Below, piece by piece: positions 51,199-60,141 of a stretch of 64,000 nt of DNA. Below the pieces are notes generated by a model, which had not been told where the DNA came from, did not search any database, and worked only from the letters and a program-made list of their open reading frames with translations. This DNA comes from an uncultured delta proteobacterium (lineage in GTDB: Bacteria; Myxococcota_A; Polyangia; Polyangiales; JAFGIB01): NCBI GenBank assembly GCA_963778655.1, contig CAVZVA010000011.1:1-64000 (forward strand), written 5' to 3'. Made by a program: the position numbers and the translations under genes. Each line of letters starts with the position of its first letter. Within the stretch, counting starts at the first letter, position 1.

Positions 51199-51662
51199 GG
51201 CTCACCTCGCAGCTCGCGCGCGGCGCGCTGCACCGCACGCAGCACCCGGGCGTGGCTGCCGCAGCGGCACAAATTGTCGCGCAGCGCGTGCCGCGCCTCG
51301 GCGTCGCTCGGCCGCGGATTGCGGTCGAGCAACGCCTTGGCCGCGATCAGGATGCCCGCCGTGCAGTAGCCGCACTGCGCGGCGTTCTCGGCGAGGAACG
51401 CGCACTGCAGCGGATGGGGCGCGGCCGGCGAGCCGATGCCTTCCAGCGTCACGATCTCGGCGCCGGCGAGCGCGGAAATCGGCAGGCGGCAGGACATCCG
51501 CGCCTCGCCGTTGACCAACACCGTGCAGCTGCCGCACTGCTCCAGCCCGCAGCCGAGCTTGGCCGCGAGCAAGCCCAGATCGTTGCGCAGCACGTACAAC
51601 AGCGGGGTTTCGGGTGCGGCCCCGACGTCGTGCCGCTCACCATTGACGCGCAACGCGATCAT
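51195..51662 (-). CDS. (2Fe-2S)-binding subunit (IorA/CoxS-like)
   Basis: KLGCGLEQCGSCTV, QCGYC, NLCRC. Confidence 0.93.
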   Translation of the reverse strand: MIALRVNGERHDVGAAPETPLLYVLRNDLGLLAAKLGCGLEQCGSCTVLVNGEARMSCRLPISALAGAEIVTLEGIGSPAAPHPLQCAFLAENAAQCGYCTAGILIAAKALLDRNPRPSDAEARHALRDNLCRCGSHARVLRAVQRAARELRGEP

Positions 51663-52312
51663 CGCCTCACCCTTCGGGGCCCGCCGGCGGGCGGCGGCGG
51701 CTCGGACAGCGCCGCCAGCGCCTGAGGCGAGTCCACATCGATCAACACGCCGTCGTCGGGCATCGGCACGCGCAGCACGCGCTCGGCGTTCGCCTGCAGC
51801 AGCACGCGGCCCCCCACGTCGCCGGTCAGCCGCCCGAGCACGGCGAAATCGCGCGCCGGCCACAGCACCGGATTGCCCCGCGCGCCATCATACTCGGGCA
51901 CACAGATCACGCCCCGCCCGCCACGCTCGAACGCCTCCACCAGCGCGCGCAGGTGGCTGGGCCGAACGAACGGCATGTCGCCGAGCAATACCACCACCGC
52001 GTCGAGCTCCGGGCCGAGCGCGCGCACGCCGGTGGCCAGGGAACCGCCCAGTCCCTGCGCGAAGTCGGGGTTGTGCAAGAGCACGACCGGCCGGTCACGC
52101 AGCAGCGCACAGATCGGCTCGCGGTCGTGCCCGGTCACCACGCAAACCGGATCGAGCCCCGCGTCGAGGGCGGCCTGCGCCGCGCGCAGGACCAACGGAA
52201 CGCCCGCGACCGTGGCCAGCAGCTTGTTATGGCCCATGCGCGTGGACCGGCCGGCGGCCAGCACCAGGCCCGCCACGCGCGGAGCCGCGGCAGCTCCCCC
52301 GTGTTCGATCAT
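51659..52312 (-). CDS. mocA: Molybdenum cofactor cytidylyltransferase
   Basis: LAAGRSTRMGHNKLL, LGDMP, GNPV, GDVGGR, DVD. Confidence 0.85.
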   Translation of the reverse strand: MIEHGGAAAAPRVAGLVLAAGRSTRMGHNKLLATVAGVPLVLRAAQAALDAGLDPVCVVTGHDREPICALLRDRPVVLLHNPDFAQGLGGSLATGVRALGPELDAVVVLLGDMPFVRPSHLRALVEAFERGGRGVICVPEYDGARGNPVLWPARDFAVLGRLTGDVGGRVLLQANAERVLRVPMPDDGVLIDVDSPQALAALSEPPPPAGGPRRVRR

Positions 52313-52454
52313 CGCGGCCTCGCGCACTCGCCCATGGCGCTCATGCACGTACAGCGATGCCACGGGTGCGCGCCGCATACAAGGTCCAGGGCTGTGTGCC
52401 GGCCCTCATCTGGTATCCTGCTTGGGGCACGCCGCGCGCGGCGACCGCCGACCC

Positions 52455-54776
52455 ATGCAGCCCGAGCCCACCACCAAGCCGGTGCCGTTGCTCGCAGGGG
52501 CGCTGGTGCTCGCGCTCACCGCGTTCGCCTTCGCCCCGGGCACGACCGGAGGTCTCGTCTATGACGACGCATTCCTGATCGCGGGCAACCCTGAGATCCA
52601 GCAGCTCGGCAATCTCGGGCGCTCGCTCGCGCGGCCTTTCTGGGACCTCTCGGGCGCCGCCCATGGCAGCGCGCGCGGCCTCTATTACCGGCCCTGGGTC
52701 ACGCTCGCCTATACGCTGGAATACCACTTCTTCGGCGATCGGCCGCTCGGCTATCACCTGGTGAGCGTCGCCCTGCACCTGCTGATCGTAGCGCTGGCGT
52801 TCGCGTGGCTCGTCCGTCGCGTGGCGCCCGGAGGAGGCCCGGTGGCTGGCCTCGCAGCCGGCGTCGGCGCGGGGTTGTTCGCCTGGCACCCGACGCGCGT
52901 CGAGTCCGTGACTTGGGTTTCGGGTTGCACGGACCTGTGGATGGCGTTGTTCGTGCTGCTGGCGCTGAGCGCCTGGGACAAGCTGCGCCCGCGCCCGGGG
53001 GCCGCGCTGGCGACGTTGCTCCTGCTGCTGGGCTTCGCCAGCAAGGAAACCGCCGCGGCCGTGCCGGTGTGGCTCGCGCTCGACGCCTGGCTCCGCCATG
53101 AAGCGGGCGCGCAGCGCGCCGCGCGGCTGCGCGCGGCCGCGTTCGCGTGCGCGGCGATGGCGCTGGCGTTCACGCTGCGTTGCATCTTCGTGCCGCTGCC
53201 GATCGACGGCAGCGGGCTGCTGCCCGGCGAGCTCGTGCCGCGCGTGCTCGCGACGCTCGGCGAATTCACCCATGCGGTGGTCTGGCCCTGGCCGTCGAGC
53301 ATCGCACGAGCGCTGATCCACCATGCGCCTTCGGGCGCGGCCGTCTATCCGGCATCCAGCATTGCGCTCGGCGCGCTGGTGGCCGTGCTCGCGATCGCGG
53401 CGTGCGTGCTCGCGCGCCGGCGCCCCGCGTTGCGGCCGTGGCTGGCGGACGCCGCCCTCTTCTTCCTGCTGCTGGGCCCGGTGCTCAACGTGGTGCCGCT
53501 CAAGCTCAAGCCCCTGATCGCCGAGCGCTTCCTCTACCTGCCGCTGCTCGGGATCGCCGCGCTGGTCGCGCGGGCGGCCGCCAGCTGGTTGCGCGGCGGC
53601 GGCGAGCGAGCGCGGGTGCTGCCAGGACATCAGCTCGCAAGTCCGTTCCGGCCTTCCGAACCGATGATCCCTAGCTCCTTCTCATCCCGGGGGCGGCACG
53701 CGCCGCCCCCGCCCGCCGAGCAAAGCTCGCCGGGGCCCCCCCCCACGCGAGGCCGCTTCGCGGCTCACTCTCTCGACGGAACCAACTTCCGGGCCGTGCT
53801 GCTGGTCGCCGTCAGCACGCCCCTGCTGATGGCGGCCGCTGCCGCGACCGTGACCCGCAGCCAGGACTTCCTGGACGAGGCCACGCTGTGGGAGCACGAG
53901 GTCGCCGTGCACCCACACGAGGCGTTTCCGCTGCGCATGCTCGCCTATCAGCGCCTGCAGGTCCGCCGCTTGGACGAGGGTCTGTCGCTCGCGCTGCGCG
54001 GCTACGCGCTGGCGCAGGACGACCGGCCGATGCGCATCGCCCTGGCGCTGCTGGCGGCGCGCGCGCTGGCCGAAATGACCGGCGACGGCGACCGCCGGAC
54101 GCTACGCGCGCTGGCCGAGCTCTACGACGGACTGCCGGCGCTGCGCCCGGCGCGGCTCGAGACCGCGAACGTGCGGGTCGCGCTCACGCTCAAACAATCG
54201 GAGCTGCCGCTGCTCGAGGACTCGCGCGGATTCGTGATCCCGCGCGCGCTGGTACACGCGCGGCTCGGGCGCTTCACGCAGGCGCGCGCCAGCCTCCGCG
54301 CCTTCCTCGCGCGGCACCCCAGCGATCTCGACTGCTGGCACGCGCTGGCGCTGGTCGAGGTGCGCGCCGGCGACATGGCCGCGGCGCAGCGCGCGCTCGG
54401 CCAGGCCCTGGCGCGGGCGCCGGCCAACCCGCTGTTGCGCTCGCTTCAGGTGCGCATGACCAATGCGCTGGCCTTGCTCGCTCATCGCGACGCCGATCCG
54501 GTGCGGCGCGCGCTGGCCCAGGCGCAGGCCTATCTAATGCTCTCGGCGCCGGGCCTCGCCGCCGCGGTGCTCGATCGCGCGCTCGCGGACGATCCGGCCT
54601 CGCCCGTGCTGGTGTCGATGCGCGCCAAGGTCGAGGCCATCGACGGCGACTTCGCCGGCGCGCGCGCGCGCATCGCGGCTGCGCGCTCCCGGCTGCCCCA
54701 GGCCGGCCCGCTGTGGTCGGCCACACTGGAGGAGATCGCGGCCGCCGAGGCGCAGCGTCACCCCGACCCGCGCTAG
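52455..54776 (+). CDS. TMTC-like GT-C glycosyltransferase with C-terminal TPR-like repeats
   Basis: VYDD, YYRP, HP..VESV.W, SKE, AERFLYLP; Ala-rich helical repeats. Confidence 0.85.
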   Translation: MQPEPTTKPVPLLAGALVLALTAFAFAPGTTGGLVYDDAFLIAGNPEIQQLGNLGRSLARPFWDLSGAAHGSARGLYYRPWVTLAYTLEYHFFGDRPLGYHLVSVALHLLIVALAFAWLVRRVAPGGGPVAGLAAGVGAGLFAWHPTRVESVTWVSGCTDLWMALFVLLALSAWDKLRPRPGAALATLLLLLGFASKETAAAVPVWLALDAWLRHEAGAQRAARLRAAAFACAAMALAFTLRCIFVPLPIDGSGLLPGELVPRVLATLGEFTHAVVWPWPSSIARALIHHAPSGAAVYPASSIALGALVAVLAIAACVLARRRPALRPWLADAALFFLLLGPVLNVVPLKLKPLIAERFLYLPLLGIAALVARAAASWLRGGGERARVLPGHQLASPFRPSEPMIPSSFSSRGRHAPPPPAEQSSPGPPPTRGRFAAHSLDGTNFRAVLLVAVSTPLLMAAAAATVTRSQDFLDEATLWEHEVAVHPHEAFPLRMLAYQRLQVRRLDEGLSLALRGYALAQDDRPMRIALALLAARALAEMTGDGDRRTLRALAELYDGLPALRPARLETANVRVALTLKQSELPLLEDSRGFVIPRALVHARLGRFTQARASLRAFLARHPSDLDCWHALALVEVRAGDMAAAQRALGQALARAPANPLLRSLQVRMTNALALLAHRDADPVRRALAQAQAYLMLSAPGLAAAVLDRALADDPASPVLVSMRAKVEAIDGDFAGARARIAAARSRLPQAGPLWSATLEEIAAAEAQRHPDPR
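53616..53802 (+). repeat. 180-bp in-frame insert containing the ACGC-loop hairpin repeat
   Basis: GTGCTGC direct repeats at 53616 and 53796; core CGGGGGCGGC-ACGC-GCCGCCCCCG (53688-53711), CGAGC-AAA-GCTCG, CGGGGCCCC..CCCACGCGAG, GCCGC-TTC-GCGGC. Confidence 0.7.
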
Positions 54777-55108
54777 CGCACCGAACACATTGAAGCGTGT
54801 GCGAAGTCGCTGTGATGCGGGAATGCAGGGTGCGGGCAGGAGCCCGCAGGCGTAGTGAACCCTAGCAGGCTGCGGAAGAACTCCGAGGGAGCGCATCTCG
54901 AGTGAGGTGGGGCCGGATGCAAGGCGCGAGACCGATGGAATACTCGCCGTATTTCGAGGGCTCGCAACGCCGCAGCCGGGCCCAGATCGCTCGAAAGGCG
55001 CCTCGAGCGGGTTCTTCCGCAGCCTGCTAGGTCAAGCGGGAAGCGCGCGTGCCATGCGCCCGCGAGGGCCCCGAAATCGTGCGTGTTTCAATCTGTTCGG
55101 TGCTCTAG
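54773..55108. mobile_element. MITE-like element family A, copy 2 (interrupted by family B)
   Basis: CTAGCGCACCGAACACATTGAA ... TTCAATCTGTTCGGTGCTCTAG; 336 bp minus a 165-bp insert gives 171 bp. Confidence 0.85.
54862..55030. mobile_element. MITE-like element family B nested in family A
   Basis: Perfect 20-bp terminal IR CTAGCAGGCTGCGGAAGAAC / GTTCTTCCGCAGCCTGCTAG. Confidence 0.82.
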
Positions 55109-55122
55109 GTGGTCCGAACCAG

Positions 55123-57261
55123 TTAGGCCAGCCAGCAGTGACTGCTGAGCTCCTGCGTCATGCCCGCGAGCGATGGGTAGCAATAGTCGCCCAGCAGGCT
55201 CGCCAGGCACGCGCGCACGTCTTCGGGCAGGACACCGCCATCGGCCGCCGTGATCGCGCTGGGCTTTCCCTGGGCGTCGAACTGGATGCTCACGGAAGCG
55301 CAGAGCACATAGTGGCAGCTCGCCACCTGCTGCGAGTCGGGCAGGGCGGCGCCCGGCGCACAACCGCCGGCGGCGCCGTCGCCCGGCCCGGAGCCCGCCC
55401 CGCCGCCCGCGTCGGACGCGCGCGCGTCGGACGCACGCGCATCGCGGGGAGCCGCATCGTGCGCCGCCGCATCGGCGCCGTGCCCGGTCGTGCTGCTGTC
55501 TGCACCAGCGGCACCATCGAAAGCGCCGGCTGCCGCGTCCAGCCCGCCGCTCACCACGGCCGCGTCGCCGCCGGCCGCGCGATCGGGCAGTCCTTCGCTG
55601 CAGCCGGCCAGCGACATCGACAGCGCGAGCGCGCCCAGCAGCTTGCCGCGCGCGTGCGCGCGCACCGGCCGCCGCTGCAACGCCGAGACCAGCGCTTCGA
55701 GCTCGGCGAGCGCGGCGTCGCAGTCCGCGAGCAGCGCGCGGTCGTGCGCGGTCACGCGGGGGCGCTCGCGCGCGATCAGCGCGTCGACCTGCTGCGCGCC
55801 CTGCCCCGCCGCCGCGGCGGCCTCGCGCAGCAACCGAACCTGGTCGCGATTCCACGCCGCCGCGACGCGCGCATAGCGCTCCGCGAACCCGCCCAGCGCG
55901 GCGCCCGGCAGCAGGCGCCGGACGATGCCCAGGTTGTAGCCGAGGTCGTAGAGCCCGATCGGCACCGAGCGCTCGGCCAGGCGCGTGGGTAGCGCGGTCA
56001 CCACCCGCCCCACCAGCTCGGTGCGATGGTCGACGAAGCGGTAGTGCTGCAGCAACAGACCGCCCTCGAGCAAGCCCAGGCGCTCGGCGCGCGCAAAGTG
56101 ACGCGTGCCGGGGCGCGCCTCGATCGGCAGCAGGTGCACCGGAGCGTGCTGGATGCGGGCCAGGCCTTCGATCTCGGCCAGCACCGACTCGAACCGGATG
56201 GTCGGTCCGATCAGCAAGGCATTGGCGACGGCGAATACGCCACGCTCCCACAACAACGCGAGCGCTCGCGCGCCTGCAGCCGCCTCGGCACGGCGGCCGA
56301 GCGCCCGCAGCTGGGGTGCGGAGTAGCCATCGATCCCGACGTAGGCGCGTGCCAGGCCCAGCTCGACCAGCGCGTCCGCACTGTGCGGGCTGAGCGCGTC
56401 GGCCCGGAGCTGCAGCGAAAACGCGATCGGTCCGACTGCGCGCGCGCGCAGCGCTTGCCGCAGCTGCGACGCCCAGTCTGCCGCTTCGCCGGGCTCGAGC
56501 GGAAGCAGGTTGTCGTCCATGAAGTTGAAGACGCGCGCGCGACGCTCGTGGTACAGTGTGGCGATCCAATCGGCGATGCTGGACACGCCCATGCGCGAGT
56601 GAGGCGCGCCCGACAGCTCGGCCCGCCGCTGCTCGCGGCTCGCAAGCTTGGTCGCGCCGGCCACGCAGCAGTAAGCGCAGCTCGCCTCGCAGCCCTGGCT
56701 CACGATCAGGTCGACCGCGCCAAAGCCCAGGTGTAGCGGTGCGTCGCCGCCGCGCTCGAGCACGGCGTCGAGCGGGCCGGGCACGCGAATGCGCGCGGGC
56801 GCGCCGATTCGGATCGCGCCGTCCGCCGCGCGGAAGACCGTTCCGGGCAGCTGCGCGAGCGCGTCGTCGTCGAGCGGCTGGCGGAGCATGCCGCACAGCG
56901 CCTCCTCCCCCGCAAAGCGCACCACCGCGTCGAGCGCCGGATTGATCCGCAGCAGCTCCTGCGCCTGGAGCGTGGCGAAGTGGCCGCCGCACACGATGCG
57001 GCCGGAGAAACCGCGTGCCCGCAGCAACTTGACCAGCGCCATCGTCGCCAGCGCGGCCTCGCTGGTCTGAAGCGAGACGCCGCACACCCTCGGGCGCAGC
57101 GCGAGCAGCGTCGCGAGTGTGCGCTCCATGCCGCCCCAGCCCGAAAACGGGACGACCCGGGCGCTGGCGCCGGCGCGGCGCGCGGCGCCGAGCAACGCGC
57201 CGAGCGAGTGGTTCTGCACCCCATCGAGCACGACACCGATCAAGGCCAGATCCACGTCCAT
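55123..57261 (-). CDS. Cobalamin-binding radical SAM protein with a fused C-terminal lipoprotein-like module
   Basis: SD GGAGG; B12 domain (GVS, CGGHFAT, GEE); SQGCEASCAYC; FMDDN; tail LLGALALSMSLAGC, DA-rich linker, six further Cys. Confidence 0.85.
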   Translation of the reverse strand: MDVDLALIGVVLDGVQNHSLGALLGAARRAGASARVVPFSGWGGMERTLATLLALRPRVCGVSLQTSEAALATMALVKLLRARGFSGRIVCGGHFATLQAQELLRINPALDAVVRFAGEEALCGMLRQPLDDDALAQLPGTVFRAADGAIRIGAPARIRVPGPLDAVLERGGDAPLHLGFGAVDLIVSQGCEASCAYCCVAGATKLASREQRRAELSGAPHSRMGVSSIADWIATLYHERRARVFNFMDDNLLPLEPGEAADWASQLRQALRARAVGPIAFSLQLRADALSPHSADALVELGLARAYVGIDGYSAPQLRALGRRAEAAAGARALALLWERGVFAVANALLIGPTIRFESVLAEIEGLARIQHAPVHLLPIEARPGTRHFARAERLGLLEGGLLLQHYRFVDHRTELVGRVVTALPTRLAERSVPIGLYDLGYNLGIVRRLLPGAALGGFAERYARVAAAWNRDQVRLLREAAAAAGQGAQQVDALIARERPRVTAHDRALLADCDAALAELEALVSALQRRPVRAHARGKLLGALALSMSLAGCSEGLPDRAAGGDAAVVSGGLDAAAGAFDGAAGADSSTTGHGADAAAHDAAPRDARASDARASDAGGGAGSGPGDGAAGGCAPGAALPDSQQVASCHYVLCASVSIQFDAQGKPSAITAADGGVLPEDVRACLASLLGDYCYPSLAGMTQELSSHCWLA

Positions 57262-57469
57262 GGTTGCCTCCACGTGCCGAGCCGACGCGATGAGTAGCCG
57301 CTGAGGATCGCTTTTTTCGGTTTGCCGCGCCAGTGCGTCCTCGCAAAGGAACGGACGCCGCAGCGGTGCCCGGCTCTTGCCTCCGGCCGCCGAAGCGACT
57401 TCACTGCGGTAGCATCACCGTCCGGCCGCGACCCGCCAGGCCCGCGGCAGGCCCAGGGAGCGACACACC

Positions 57470-58078
57470 ATGCTGCAGATCCACTACCATCCCATATCGA
57501 CCTACTCGCGCCGCGTACGCATCGCCCTGCTCGAAAAGGACGTTCAGGCCGAGCTGATCGAGGTCGAGATGATCAAGGGCGCTCACCGGCAGCCCCCCTA
57601 CCTCGCGCTGCACCCATATGGCCGGGTGCCGACGCTGGTCGACGGTGACTTCGTGCTGCCCGAGTCGACCCCGATCCTCGAATACCTGGAAGCCGTCCAT
57701 CCGCAGCCGCCGCTGGTGCCCGGCGATCCCAAGGGACGGGCGCTGTGCGCGCTGCACATGAAGCTGTGCGATCTGCAATTTGCGCCTCACGTCGGAACCA
57801 TCATCTTTGCCAAGCGCTTCTTGCCCAAGGAGCGCTGGCGCGAAGACGACATGGCCAAGGCCAAGAAGGAGATCGAGAAGCACCTGCCGATCCTCGACCG
57901 CGAGCTCGAAGGCAAGACCTGGCTGGTGGGCGAGCGCTTCTCACTGGCCGAGGTGTGCTACGCGCCGTTCCTGCACTTCCTGCCGCTGACGGAGGTGACG
58001 CCGCCGCCGAACGTGGCGAGCTGGCGCGAGCGCGTGCTGGCGCGGCCGAGCGTGCAGGCCACCGTGCCCGCGATGTGA
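57470..58078 (+). CDS. Glutathione S-transferase family protein
   Basis: STYSRRVRIAL.EK, HPYGRVPTL, ESTPILEYL, WLVGERFSLA, RPS. Confidence 0.92.
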   Translation: MLQIHYHPISTYSRRVRIALLEKDVQAELIEVEMIKGAHRQPPYLALHPYGRVPTLVDGDFVLPESTPILEYLEAVHPQPPLVPGDPKGRALCALHMKLCDLQFAPHVGTIIFAKRFLPKERWREDDMAKAKKEIEKHLPILDRELEGKTWLVGERFSLAEVCYAPFLHFLPLTEVTPPPNVASWRERVLARPSVQATVPAM

Positions 58079-58179
58079 CGGGCGACCCGCGGGCAGCGCC
58101 ACGAGCACCGGCCGCATATCCGGGCGCGACGCCGGCGTCAGCCGCTCTCGAGCAAGCCCAGCGCCCGCCACAGGCGAGC

Positions 58180-58386
58180 ATGGCGGCGGGCGAACATGCC
58201 GTGCTGCGCGCACAATTGCCGCACTGGAAGGACCTGGCCTACCATTACGCCGGCACCACGGACGACCCACTCGAGCAGGTCGCGGCTCGTCTCGGCTTCA
58301 GCGAGCCGAGCACCTTCTACCGCGCGTTCAGGCGCTGGGCCGGCACCACTCCGGCGCTCTACCGCGCCAAGCGCAAGGAGCGCTGA
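58180..58386 (+). pseudogene. AraC-family regulator fragment (second HTH only)
   Basis: LEQVAARLGFSEPSTFYRAFRRWAGTTPALYR; no ligand domain or first HTH. Confidence 0.7.
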
Positions 58387-58441
58387 CACCGGCCGGTGCC
58401 CGCGCGGCTGCGCCCAGGAAGCGCCGGAGCCCCTGCGCCGG

Positions 58442-58466
58442 ATATAGTTTGTCTTACCAACTATAT
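58442..58466. promoter_or_regulatory. AT-rich inverted repeat upstream of the esterase gene (possible operator)
   Basis: ATATAGTT-N9-AACTATAT. Confidence 0.5.
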
Positions 58467-58525
58467 GTGCTAGAGCCAGACTGGTCACTGCCCGGTCTCG
58501 AAATCGCCGTGGTCGGTATGGAGGT

Positions 58526-59713
58526 GTGACGATGTCGATCGCGAGATCCATTCCTGGCCAGATCGCGCTGCTCGGCCTGTGTTGCGCCGCAGCCTGCGCC
58601 ACGAAGCCCAAGTCCGCTCCGAACACCGGCATGACGTCGAACAACCCGGCAACCACGGCAAACCCGGGCGCGACTGCAGGTAGCGGCGGCGGCCCTGCGG
58701 CCGGAGCCGCAGCCGTGGGCGGCGGCAACACCGGAGGTGCCGGCGGAACGGGCGCGACCGTGGGAAGCACCGGGGGCTCGGGCGCCGCCGGCGCCCCTGC
58801 CGGCGCAGGCGGTGCGCGCATGGCTGCGGGCGGCGCGACAGGCGCAGCGGGTGCCGCCGATATGCCGGGCACCGGCGGCACGGGCAGCGGCACCGGTGGC
58901 TCGACCGAGGTCCCGCAAACCTGCCCCGCGACCGCGTTGAGCCCCGGCGACAGCATGGGCTCGGTGCAGGTTGGCGGCACGACGCGTAGCTACATTCTCC
59001 ACGTGCCCGCGAGCTACACCGGCCAGACGCCGGTGCCGCTAGTGACGGACTGGCACCCGATCTTGTTCGACGACGCCTTCGAGCAAAGCATCTCGGGCTA
59101 TCAGCAGAAGTCGGACAAGGAAGGCTTCATCGTCGTCTTCCCGAACGGAATCGACAACGCCTGGAACATCGGAGACTGCTGCACCACCTCGCGCACGGTC
59201 GACGACGTCGGCTTCGCGCGGGCGCTGGTCGCCCAACTCGAGCAACAAGCGTGCATCGACCCGAAGCGCGTCTATGCGGTCGGCTATTCGATGGGCGGCG
59301 GCATGTCGTACAAGCTCGCGTGCGACGCCGGCGACCTGATCGCGGCGATCGCGCCCGCCGCGTTCCAGCTGATGCAGGACAGCGAATGGCCTTGCCGGCC
59401 CTCACGCCCGATTACCGTGATTTCGACCAATGGCACCGCGGATCCCGTAGTGCCGTACGCCGGCGGCGACGTGAACCCGCCCAACGGCCTGGCGGTCACC
59501 AATCACTTCCTCGGCGCGGTCGCAACGCTCCAGAGATGGGCGGAGCTGGACGGCTGCACCGACATGCCCGTGGACAAAGGCGGAGGCTGCCAGACCTACA
59601 GCCAGTGTAACGGCGGGGTGGAAGTGACGCTATGCACGGTCCAGGGAGGAGGCCACACTCCCGCCGACCCCGAGGTCACCTGGGCAACGCTCAAGCGTTT
59701 CACGTTGCCCTGA
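58526..59713 (+). CDS. Lipoprotein esterase, PHB depolymerase/LpqC/feruloyl esterase-like
   Basis: Lipoprotein-type signal, Gly linker, RSYILHVP, WNIGDCC, DDVGF, GYSMGG, GTAD, GGGH. Confidence 0.85.
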   Translation: MTMSIARSIPGQIALLGLCCAAACATKPKSAPNTGMTSNNPATTANPGATAGSGGGPAAGAAAVGGGNTGGAGGTGATVGSTGGSGAAGAPAGAGGARMAAGGATGAAGAADMPGTGGTGSGTGGSTEVPQTCPATALSPGDSMGSVQVGGTTRSYILHVPASYTGQTPVPLVTDWHPILFDDAFEQSISGYQQKSDKEGFIVVFPNGIDNAWNIGDCCTTSRTVDDVGFARALVAQLEQQACIDPKRVYAVGYSMGGGMSYKLACDAGDLIAAIAPAAFQLMQDSEWPCRPSRPITVISTNGTADPVVPYAGGDVNPPNGLAVTNHFLGAVATLQRWAELDGCTDMPVDKGGGCQTYSQCNGGVEVTLCTVQGGGHTPADPEVTWATLKRFTLP

Positions 59714-60141
59714 CCTTCGGGCCGCTGCTGCAGCTCCGACCGGTCATTGCCGGAGGCCGCCCGGTGTTCTGGGCGTGGATCTCGTGCTGAGCAGTGATCA
59801 CGTCACGAATGCCGCAACGGTCTTCGGCGAGGGCAACGGCGCGCCGCAAAGGCTGGCGTGGCGCCCCCTGCAACCGGGCCGTCCGACGCTTTTCGGCGCC
59901 CCGGCGCCTTCTCCAACAGAAATCGCGCCGCGCCGCCACTACCAAGCTCGAGGCCTTCCGCCTCGCTGGATCAAAGGCCCGCATCATTCCGGGATCGCGA
60001 GCGTGAGGGCCGCGCCCGGTGGTGCTCGACCCGGCTCTTGGTCCCGGCATCTACGAGCGTGTTTCACACGTAGCGGGGGCAGGTAGCTCACCATCACCTT
60101 CTGCCCGGGGGCTGAACACCGAGCAATCCGGAGGCGAAGCC

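Noticed and set aside
57275..57469. Cobalamin riboswitch upstream of the B12 radical SAM gene
   Set aside because: I could not find B12-box or other conserved riboswitch motifs on either strand. An Rfam scan would be decisive.
59714..60141. ORFs or ncRNA in the gap between the esterase and GH16 genes
   Set aside because: No recognisable motifs, SD or convincing structure.
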